Source: Candidatus Calescibacterium sp.
GTDB taxonomy: Bacteria > Calescibacteriota > Calescibacteriia > Calescibacteriales > Calescibacteriaceae
Reading direction: 5' to 3'
DNA: 12,294 nt
Assembly: GCA_032249135.1 (NCBI GenBank)
Contig: JAVVGL010000039.1
Location: 1 to 12,294, forward strand
Positions within the stretch are counted from its first letter, which is position 1. Each line of letters starts with the position of its first letter. A program made the translations under genes and the position numbers. Under the pieces are notes generated by a model. That model was not told where the DNA came from. It saw nothing but the letters and a program-made list of their open reading frames with translations, and did not search any database. This document shows, piece by piece, positions 1-9,474 of this stretch.

Positions 1-111
1 ATAATCTTTGGGGGCTGCTGCAACGCCTGGCCACTTAATCATTGGTCCGTTGTTTTTTCCGCCCTCCACGGCGTTTGAGTGAGAGAAGAAGTCTTGGAGT
101 GTGTGGAACAA
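1..111 (-). pseudogene. Orphan toxin C-terminal cassette (5' part only, runs off the window): alternative tip of the Het-C/VWA7-like domain
   Basis: The minus strand reads LFHTLQDFFSHSNAVE-GGKNNGPMIKWPGVAAAPKDY... with no stop to base 1. The first part is identical to the Rhs toxin motif, then diverges from the main copy (KDFNWANVKEDPPRY). It lies 20 bp after the stop of the 474-aa gene and has only a TTG (109-111) as a possible start ahead of the motif. Confidence 0.8.
64..107. repeat. 44-bp exact direct repeat, copy A
   Basis: ctccacggcgtttgagtgagagaagaagtcttggagtgtgtgga is identical to 1991-2034. Confidence 0.97.
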
Positions 112-130
112 ATTACAAAATTCAGAATCC

Positions 131-1555
131 CTACTCAACCTTCTTCCTAACATAGTAAACGGTATTAGCTGGCGCAAAAGGACTTGTCCAGAATACCCAT
201 AAATAACCCATATCATCTATACATATATCTTCTTCATCATATGACATATCTATTATTTTCTCCTTAATCCACCCTTCATTCGTTCTAATGTAAAGAAACG
301 ATTCACTTAACAAATATATATTTCTCCTAACATCAAAGCTCAAAAGCGGTGCCCATCCTATTTTCCCCACAAATTCCCACACTATATTTTCTATATTATC
401 TCCCACCAGATCCCAGCTATGCAAGTAAATCTTTCCTCTCCACATATTCGCATAATAAAACTTGCTTCCTTTTACCTTCATAACAAAGTTATCTAAAACT
501 CCTGCGAGTGGTTCGTTATATATATCCACATTTTCCATTTCCAGCTCCTTCATCCTCCTTATCCACTTTAACCTTTTCTCCTTCGTATCTATCTTCAAAA
601 GAAGACTTTTAACTTCTACTCCTTTTCTGTCAATAGTTGGTCCCTGCCATAAAACTATATATAAATTACCATCTGGTCCTATAGCTCCTGAATCAATTTG
701 AAAAACATCAACTATCTCCTTTGCCTCAGGTAATAATTCAGCTAAATCATATAAATCCCATCCTCCTTCTTCATTCTTTACTGCAAAAATATGGCGTGCT
801 TCAGGAACAAAAAGAAGTTCAGGGGGATAGTCCTTCCTATATCCTGGCGCTTCCCAATGATAATAAAGACTATAACTCATAGCTACCTTCTTTTCAAAAG
901 CTGATACCCAATCAGGGAAAATAAGTGGTTCCTTAATCCCAGTACTTTCTAATGGATATATAGGGAATTCATATGGAGGGAAAAAATCAAAAACTTTTTC
1001 TTCCCATCTCCCATCTGTCTCCCTCATAAAATATATCAAATAGCTTCTTATGGTAGTATATATAGACTCATAGCTTCTATCCTTAAGTCTATAATCAGCG
1101 GTAACAAAAAGATGTATTCTTCCTTCTTCATCTACATCAAACTCAGTAATTTGAAAATTAATACGGTGATCATCTAAATCTAAACTTTCCTTGTTAAATC
1201 TATATTTTTTCCCCAATGATTCCTTATTATGTAATAATATCTCATCTTTTATCTTTTCTCCCACAATTTCTGGTCCATGCCATTTATCTTCTCTCAAATC
1301 GTAAATGAAAAATAACAAATCTTTATCGATATCAATAAACATTACATAAACTCTGTTATTCTTACACAACACTTTTAACCAACCTAATCTCAAACCTCTA
1401 TCTCCCTTATAGAGAATTTTTGGAGGAGGCCACTTGCTCTTATTTGTTTCTGTTAAAAATTTACATCTTGGAGCTAACGCAAATACTGACACAAAAATAG
1501 TAATAAAAGAGTTCAAAATATAAAAATAAATCTTATTCCTCATCTTTCTTCCCAC
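131..1555 (-). CDS. Putative immunity protein: exported or lipoprotein-like beta-propeller-type protein (start may be ATG at 1543)
   Basis: 474-aa ORF abutting the toxin stop codon (0 bp gap). It has a basic then hydrophobic N-terminus followed by Cys (MRNKIYFYILNSFITIFVSVFALAPRC) and repeated blade-like motifs (VDEEGRIHLF, IGPDGNLYIV, IDDMGYLWVF). The immunity role is inferred from position. Confidence 0.75.
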   Translation of the reverse strand: MGRKMRNKIYFYILNSFITIFVSVFALAPRCKFLTETNKSKWPPPKILYKGDRGLRLGWLKVLCKNNRVYVMFIDIDKDLLFFIYDLREDKWHGPEIVGEKIKDEILLHNKESLGKKYRFNKESLDLDDHRINFQITEFDVDEEGRIHLFVTADYRLKDRSYESIYTTIRSYLIYFMRETDGRWEEKVFDFFPPYEFPIYPLESTGIKEPLIFPDWVSAFEKKVAMSYSLYYHWEAPGYRKDYPPELLFVPEARHIFAVKNEEGGWDLYDLAELLPEAKEIVDVFQIDSGAIGPDGNLYIVLWQGPTIDRKGVEVKSLLLKIDTKEKRLKWIRRMKELEMENVDIYNEPLAGVLDNFVMKVKGSKFYYANMWRGKIYLHSWDLVGDNIENIVWEFVGKIGWAPLLSFDVRRNIYLLSESFLYIRTNEGWIKEKIIDMSYDEEDICIDDMGYLWVFWTSPFAPANTVYYVRKKVE

Positions 1556-4500
1556 TTATCTTTTAAGCTTAAACAAATCCATATTTAATTGAGTTTTCAA
1601 ACTTGAACACTCCTCACCATATCCCGCAATCCTACACCATTCTTTCACACGATTCACACTATGCTCTACTGCATTACCCCGCCCAATATAATGGTATAAC
1701 CTTCCATCTCTACCAGGTTGTCTTCCTTGGTAAGTTGCTGGACTATCTTTGTTCACGCGACAATGAGATGTTTCCTTATCAACTGATGCCGGCTTACATT
1801 TCATCATGCGCAGAACTAATTCTCCATCTCCCCCATACGCCCGTGAAAGCACATCAACCGTTGAGACAAATCTACATACTGTATCCCCTATGCCACACTC
1901 AGTTCTCCATCCCCAAAACCAGCCAGTAATGAGTCCTTCGGGTTTATATCTAGGTGGATCTTCTTTAACATTTGCCCAATTAAAGTCTTTCTCCACGGCG
2001 TTTGAGTGAGAGAAGAAGTCTTGGAGTGTGTGGAGTTTTTCCCCGAGTTGTGCTGGGGTTAGGGGGATGTTGATTGTTTGTAAAACATAGTTACAGACCG
2101 TATCCCAGTATGGTTCCCAGGTGATCTGCTGTACTGTTTTATAGGTTTGGACAACTATGGTTTTCATGCATCTTACAGACCTAAACCTGATTTCTTCTTT
2201 ATATCCTACTATAACTCGTTCTTCACCTACCTTTACTCTTACCCAAAAGCAAACAACAAGACAAACCCTTCTCCTCTCGTATTTTGGTCTCGTTTCATAT
2301 ATTGGAACCATTTCTTTGTAAGCTCGCAAACAACTTGATTCAACTTCTCTCACCTCTTGAACCGGAATCTTAACCGTTTTTACAACTTGCCTATATTTTT
2401 TAACATTTTCACATCTTTCAGCCCACCTTGTTTGCGGTATAAGGTTTTGTTTAGCCACATTAACACTATTTATGATATTGTCGTAATTGACTACACCATT
2501 ATCAAAGTGTAATGTTTGATTGTATTTATCTGCCAGCCCAGTATTTAAATCCGTATCCCTATTACCCTTTACTACCTCTCTTACTATTTCTTCTTTCAAA
2601 CCAAGCTTCCAGTATAAAGCCTCCCAAGTTATTCCTTCGTGAATTGGAGAAGATACGGGTCCTGTCAGAAGAGATTTTAACTTAAATCTTATATCTCTGA
2701 TTTTACTTAATATTTCGTCTATTTTTTTAACTGCTAAGTTTATATCTGCAAGATATTCAGTAATGTTAGTAAATTCGATTTCACGCTCGAGCTTTTCACT
2801 CCTTTCCTTAGATACTTGCGTTACTTCTTTTATTAATTTTTTTGTTCCTTCTTGAAATTTTCTAAATTCCGTTGGATCTAATTTTGTATTAAGACCTGCG
2901 GTTTTCAGTGCAGCCTCTACAAAATGTTTGGTAACAGCATTCCATACAAAATCTTCAATAGCATCTCCAATACGTTCAAAGAAAGCTAGGATATTTTTTC
3001 TTACCCAGTCAGCAAGGTCTTTTGAAACTTTTTCAACAACTTTACCTACTGCCTCATAAACCAATGCTTGGAAATCATCTATTAATATTTCCAAATTAAT
3101 GAACGCCTTTGCGGCAAGTTCAATTATATCTTTTACGCATATTGTAATTATATGGAACTCTTCACAGCGAAATTTCACTTTCTTAAAAAATCCTTCTATT
3201 TCAGGCCAGCATATTTTGCCAGAAACTTTCGCACAAGCTGTTAGGAATGCTCTCAAATTTACGAAAAATTTTTCAAGAGTACTTAAAACTCCATCTACTA
3301 ATCCTGCCAATGTTTTTATTTTTTGAAAATCCTTCCCTGTTGCTTCTTCAAGGGTCATTTGAACTTCAAAGAGTCCAAAAGGGTCGTAAAATCTTTCGGG
3401 ATTATTCCTTGCGTAAACATAAAGGTTCGCATCTCGGGTTATGTCTGGCTGCAAATACCTACCTGAAAATGGGTCATAATATCTCGCTACATTGTAGAAA
3501 AACCCTGTTTCAAAATCATAGTACATTCCGGGAAGGGCTAAGGGTATTCTGTGATTTCCACTCACAAGCTCACCAAAAGGTGAAAGCTCTCTTTTCCACA
3601 CAACTTTACCTCCTTCATCAGTAGCAAACCAGGGAACACCTTTTATGTCATTATGAACATAAAGGAAGGTATCTTTTTCGGGCGCATATATCTTCAAACA
3701 CTTCTTACTCTTACACAATATCCATTTTAAGTCCTCACTGAAAATCTCAGAAAAATGTAAGAATTTAAAATCAAAATTAAGGCTCAGGTCAGGATAAACT
3801 GGGAATTTTCCGCTCACTATATCATCAAGGCTCAACGGCGTGTATAAAGTAACATATCTTTCTTCGCCAGTTGTATTATCTTTAACTTTCAAAAGCAAAA
3901 CATTTATAGGAAAGCTTTCTTTGTTCATTTGCTGCTTATAATACGATGAAACTAACTTGAGATCAATAAAAACTTTTTCGCCCTCTTCTATAAACATCAT
4001 AGTAGTAACTAGTCCAGTAAATACGGGGTACCAATATACTCCTTTTGAGTTAGCCTTTGCACCCCAAACACCGTCAGTGATTATGTTATTGAAAGTAATT
4101 CCTGGAAATTTTGCCGGAGAAACTCTCACGGTATACCCAGAAAGTTTAATGTCTGAACTTATCTCGTCAAATATTACAGTATTGTTACCCGATGCCTTAT
4201 AAAGAACTAACGATACAAAATTATTGAAGCTAACAGGAAGATTAGCTGAATAATTTATCTCCGGAATTTCAAAAGTGATACCTGAACCAGAATTATATTT
4301 TATCTTTAAAGTCAAATCCATATTATCAAATGAAGGAACCGGAGCATAAGTTGAATTAGAAGTACTACATCCAGATGAATCACATATTTGATAGAAAGCT
4401 AAACAATAATTTCCTGAGCTAACTTTAACACAACCAAATCTTAATTTACCATATGGCACAAGTTCCGCCTGTCTATCTACCAAATCTATGGTAAAACCTC

Positions 4501-7500
4501 CTTCACCACCTTCATATCTTACCTTGGCTGATATGTTAAAGCTATTTTCTTTGAAGAAAAATTTAGATGCTAAATATACTTCACCTCCTCCGTACATTCG
4601 CAATTTTCCGTCTTTTACTTCTACACTTGCATTATTAGGGAATAGAACTTCCCACATATCTTTTTTCAGTATATCAAACGGATCATAAAATGTTGCCTCA
4701 AAGGGTTCAAGAACACCATCTTCATCTGTGAACATAGCCTCGGCACACAAAGTTATGCTATCTGACATGTTCTTGAGTTTTTCTTTTACTCCTACCAATT
4801 TTCCGCTTGACCACACAAAATCTTTTGAACCCTCATAAAGCTTGTTTTGACCAGAGTATATAACCACCCTTTCAGATAAAATTTTGTTCCCCCCTAAATT
4901 ACCCCTATCCCAAACATAATAGAGATTGAAAGAGCAATTTGGACCTTTTATGCTTTTTAGAACTCTTCTACCTTCGCTATCGTAAGAGTATGAAGCCAAA
5001 ATTTCTGTACCAAAAGAATCTTCAATCCTGACCTCACTTAAAAGTTCTCTCTTGTACTTCATCCAAAAACCAGTATCATTGAGAAAATCAACAAACTGGG
5101 CTACCCTGCCTGCCGTATCATATTCGTAAGCTGCTACTTCCTTTCCGCTGGTATCTTTGATAAGAGTTAGTCTGTTGTCTGGTTCATATTGGTAAATGTA
5201 TTCTTTTGTTTTTGAACCTTCCATATACTTTGTGTATATTCTATTGCCAAATTCGTCATATTTTATAGTCTGAGTTAAACCATCTGATGAACTCCATTCT
5301 AAAAGTCTGTCGGCTCTATCGTATTTGTAATCTATTATTTTTGCTTCGCTCCCAAGTCTTTTTGAAATTGAAGTTGTATTCCCTCTTATATCTTGCTCTA
5401 CAACTTGTTCTGAAATTGTCTCTATGCCGCTTTTATATCTTATTATTCCTTTCCTGCTTCCTATCCTTGAAGCTTCAAAACTCACACTATTTCCATATTG
5501 TCCGCTAAAATAACCTTCTGTAAAAACTTCCTTTCCGTTGTAAAGAACAGAACCATCATCACGATACTCAAATTCTGCCCATTTTGGACTTCCAAAGAAT
5601 TCAATCCCAACCAGATTCCCATTAATATCATATTTATATTTTGTTGAATAATTCCAGTCTTTAATTTGTAGTTTCTCTCCTGAAACCATTCCTAATTTAT
5701 TGTAAGAGATAGCAACTTTGAAATCATCTGTTTGAGCTCCTGTTTTATTTCCTTTACCACCCGATACAACCTCGTTCAAAGGATTTTGACCATCATAGAA
5801 AAATTTCACAGTTTCATCTTTGAATCTTAGTGTAGTGATTCTGCCCATTTGGTCATATTCAAACTCTGTAAATTCGCCTTCTGCTTTGTCAATCCGTTTT
5901 ACTCTCCCTGTTTCATCGTAGGTAAAGATAGACCAACCGGCATCTCCCCTCACTTCGGCTAAAACATCATCCATAATACCATACAGTGTCTGGTATTGAA
6001 CTACTTTCCCCGAAACTCCTTCATATTTTACAAGATTTGGAAATCCTGGTTTTTCAAATGCTTGAACTATGGCTAAATCTTCAAAATTTATTTTAAAACC
6101 TCCGTCAAAATATGAGTATTGGACTGTAACCTTGTTGTTTTCTTTTACGCTTATAATTCTTCCTTCGGCATCGTATTCATATTCAATTATTCTTCCATTA
6201 AAGTTATAGCGAACGAGCCTTCCGAGCAAGTCATAAGACCATTCAAGATTCTCAATAATATTTCCATCTTTATCTAACTTTACATCTTTCACGATATTCC
6301 CAAAATTGTCAAAATCTCTTATTACCTCAATAGAACCCGGAATTACTGTTCTCTGTCTTATTGAATCTGGTTTTATATCAAAGAATATTTCTGCGACAAT
6401 TTTTCCATATGAGCTTATTCTGTGAGTGTGATCCCACAGTCCTTCAACTTTCATAACCTCAATGCCATTTCTCATGAATGTTTTTCTTTTTCCTACATCG
6501 TGTATAACTTGCTCAACTATATCTTCTCCATTTGGTCCTGCTTTTTCCTTTACTATCTTATAAACTTCTCCCGTTTCGTCATAAAAGTATCTTTTTACAT
6601 TTCCGTTTTCATCTACCTCGTAAAGCACTCGCGGAAGAATTATCGCATGTGGAGTAACTTCTGGCTCCCCTTCAAATTTTACAAGTTTTGTTCCAATTGG
6701 ACTTTCTATTCTGAGAGTTTGCGAAGCTCTGTCTATTTTATATATCGTTTCTCCAACTCCACTTTGCTGAACTCTTACCTCATCTCTCTCAGGAGAAATA
6801 TTTATAAGAATTTCCTTCTGACCTCCGCTCCTTGCATCATTATCCCACCAGGATATTTTGATACACCTTACTTCAAGCCCTAACTCTCCTTCTTTCCTTT
6901 GAGCACAGCCTTCATTATAATCTCTTATAATTTCTATAAAACCCTTTTCCTTTTCAACTCTCATTGAAGTGTATTCATCTAAAAACGGGTGGTAAGTATA
7001 GTAGACGGTCTCAACAGGGACACCTTCTTCATTTAAAAATGAAACAACAAGAGGGTTTCCTCTCTCATCAAATGCTTCATACAAAATTTTCAGAATACCA
7101 GATTCTGTTGGTAATTCTGTCGGCAATTCTACGACTTCTGTTGTAGATTCAGCTGAAACTTCATATCCGCGCGGTGGGACTTGAAAATCAAACTTTTTAT
7201 AATTCCCCAAAATATCTTGAGCTTCTACTCCGATTACTTGCCAAGACTTCAAATTTGCTACAAGAACACTAATTTTATTTTCTGATATTTGAGCATCAGC
7301 GCCACCTACTTTTACAAATGCAACAGGAACTTCATCTTTCAAATTCCCTTCAAATAATACTTTGTCTCCTATCCAAGAGATATTCAAATTTAAATCAGGA
7401 GGTGTGCTATCAAGATTTAATTTCAATGTTCTAAATTCTTCTACATTTCCAGCTTTATCTTCTGATCTGTACAAAAGAGTGTATTTACCGTCTGGAAGTT

Positions 7501-8592
7501 CTAACATGAACTCATTGAGGTTACCAAGATAGATTTGTTCTGATCCAAGCTCTACAAAAACACTTGCTCCATCGCTTCCGGCAATGTTATCTTGGACGAA
7601 AATTTTGATTGGAGTCTTTGGAGTTACAAAAACATCGGAACCAGATTCATATTTTGGATTACCTATAAAAACTATTGATACAGGTGGAGTGTTATCTACT
7701 GCAACTTCACCATATTGCGGATATTCTTCAGATTCTATAATCTCAACCGTAATTCTGGATTCTGCCGATAATGAAGATAGTAGATTTTTCAAGTTTTCCA
7801 AAAGCTCCTGAGATACTACTTCGCCCTTTATCTCATATTCACTATCTTTTTTCTGATTTATTTCAAACTCTATTTTCTTTTCAGGGAGTTCTGCTGATAT
7901 TTTTGCACCTGAGCTTGAAAAACTTTTTGTAATTTCTATCTTTGCACTTTTAATTCCAGTAGCAACAAGAACTTTTATTATATCATCTAATATTTTCCGT
8001 TGCTCTTCTTTCAGTTCCCCTTCTATTTTTTCGTTTATAAGACTTGCAAATACTGTGAAGTAAAAGCGACCATCCTGAACAAAATTGCCTCCTTCATCTT
8101 TTCCATCCCACAAAATCTGAATGTGATATGTGTTTAAATCTTCGTAGGGTTTCAAATAATGCTCGTATCTTCTATATAAATTCTTGATTAAACTATCGGT
8201 AAGGTATGTTTTGGTTAAAATTGATTTCACCTTGCTCCCTTGTGCATCTTTATATACAGCAAGTCCTGAAACATATAAACTTGCCTTATCTTCAATCCTA
8301 TCTGAATTAACAACAACGGAAAGTCTGATTTTGTGTTCATCAAACTTGCCATCCTTGTTTTTGGGAGAGATAATGTGAGGAGACGGAACAAAATCTTTTA
8401 TCAGAATTTTCGGCTCAGCTGAAAAATCCTTTTTAACTTCCCTTTTTTTACAACCAAAATCAATAAAAGAGAGAAATAAAAGAAAAACAATTGCTAATGC
8501 TGATTTGAATATTTTATGAGTTAATCTTGAACCACTAAATTGCCCAACTTGCTTTCCGGTATTCCTACCCCCCCCGACCTTCCGGAAATCAT
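1556..8592 (-). CDS. Rhs/YD-repeat polymorphic toxin with lipoprotein-type signal peptide, FlgD-Ig and Ig-like domains and a C-terminal Het-C/VWA7-like Zn-hydrolase domain; frameshifted at a G8 tract near the 5' end (ORF track calls 1556..8230)
   Basis: YD repeats (YDLLGRL, YDAEGRI, YDETGRV, YDQMGRI, YDRADRL, YDEFGNR) and the Rhs core signature PGMYYDFETGFFYNVARYYDPFSGRYLQPD...NLYVYARNNP...DPFGL (ends ~3371). FlgD-Ig-like ISPKNKDGKFD...WDGKDEGGNFVQDGRFY and Ig-like DNTPP...YRSEDKAGNVE...DSTPP. The frame is open from 8593; the ATG at 8592 is in another frame. Confidence 0.9.
1991..2034. repeat. 44-bp exact direct repeat, copy B (encodes HTLQDFFSHSNAVE in the toxin)
   Basis: Identical to 64-107, 1927 bp apart, same orientation. 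Confidence 0.97.
8568..8575 (-). repeat. Poly-G (G8) tract at the 5' end of the Rhs gene, a candidate phase-variation switch
   Basis: C8 on the + strand in an AT-rich context. G9 (or G6) would put ATG 8592 in frame with the Rhs ORF; G8 gives a stop at 8521-8523. Confidence 0.6.
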
Positions 8593-8780
8593 TTTATCTG
8601 CTTTCTCACAGACCAACATCTTGTAGAAAAATATAATCATTCAAATAAAAATTTCAAGAAATTGAGCGGTTTTGGAAGGCTTGTCAGATAATGGAAAGAA
8701 AAAGGTCAGAACTAAATTTTTTATTTTTTTAAAGAAAAACAGAAAAAATTTCCTAAAATCTATTACACTATTTTTTATCA

Positions 8781-8787
8781 GGGGGTG
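8781..8787 (+). promoter_or_regulatory. Shine-Dalgarno-like site for the 8795 gene
   Basis: GGGGGTG 7 nt upstream of ATG 8795. Confidence 0.55.
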
Positions 8788-8794
8788 AATATAA

Positions 8795-9469
8795 ATGAAG
8801 GTATCGCTATCGGTGGAAGCACTTGAAGTTCTTGAGGATAAACTTGGGAAGGAAGGAGCGAAAGCTTTTATCAGGTCCATAGATGAAATAATATCAGAGA
8901 TAACCGAACTCAAGTGGAAGACATCAAAAGAAGAATTACTCAACGCAATAAGAGAAGAGTTCATAAACAAAAACATCTTTGAAGAAAGAACACGCTCAAT
9001 AGAAGAAAGAGTTAATTTTTCAAGGTCAGAACTTGAGGCAAAAATAGATAAATTCAAATCAGAACTTGAGGCTAAAATAGAAAATGTTAGAGTAGAACTG
9101 GAAAAAGTGAAAGCAGAACTTGATGCGAAGATAGAAAAAGTTAGAGTAGAACTTGAAGCAAAGATAGAGAAAGTTGGAGCAGAATTAGATAAAGTCAAAT
9201 CTGAGCTTGATGAAAAGATAGAGAAAGTAAGAGCTGAACTTCTGAGTGAGATAGAGAAAGTTAGAGCAGAAGTAGAAAGATTGAAAATTGAGATTGACGC
9301 AAAAATAGATAAAGTAAAGGCAGACCTTGAATCTCAGATACGAAAGTTTGAATCTCAAATACAAAAGAGTGATATGAAACTTAATTTTCTTATCATTTTG
9401 ACTATTATTGCTATTGCTCTTATGAACCCAGTTGTAGCTGAAATCATAAAATCACTCCTGAAACTCTAA
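8795..9469 (+). CDS. Coiled-coil membrane-anchored protein (DUF1640/CCDC90-like head-stalk-anchor architecture)
   Basis: Short helical head (LEDKLGKEGAKAF), repeated ELEAKIEKVRV-type 11-residue units mixed with 7-residue units, and a single C-terminal hydrophobic helix (LNFLIILTIIAIALM). Confidence 0.8.
   Translation: MKVSLSVEALEVLEDKLGKEGAKAFIRSIDEIISEITELKWKTSKEELLNAIREEFINKNIFEERTRSIEERVNFSRSELEAKIDKFKSELEAKIENVRVELEKVKAELDAKIEKVRVELEAKIEKVGAELDKVKSELDEKIEKVRAELLSEIEKVRAEVERLKIEIDAKIDKVKADLESQIRKFESQIQKSDMKLNFLIILTIIAIALMNPVVAEIIKSLLKL
9028..9330 (+). repeat. Imperfect 33-bp/21-bp coding tandem repeats
   Basis: For example agaacttgaggcaaaaatagataaattcaaatc (9028-9060) and agaacttgaggctaaaatagaaaatgttagagt (9061-9093), followed by further degenerate units. 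Confidence 0.75.
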
Positions 9470-9474
9470 TCAAT

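Noticed and set aside
64-2034. Diversity-generating retroelement template/variable repeat pair
   Set aside because: The shared 44 bp is exact, the flanks are not adenine-specific variants of each other, and no reverse transcriptase is present in the window.
64-2034. CRISPR repeat or prophage/integrative-element att sites
   Set aside because: There are only two copies, 1.9 kb apart, both encoding the same protein motif in frame, with no spacers, cas, integrase or tRNA.
8228-8230. GTG 8230 as the true start of the Rhs gene
   Set aside because: It would split the FlgD-Ig-like domain and omit the in-frame signal peptide encoded upstream, although internal initiation cannot be excluded.
462-8378. 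Numerous short plus-strand ORFs (60-153 aa)
   Set aside because: All lie antisense to the long Rhs and immunity frames and show no recognisable protein features.
8641-9198. 185-aa minus-strand Ser-rich ORF
   Set aside because: It is the antisense shadow of the repetitive coiled-coil gene at 8795-9469.
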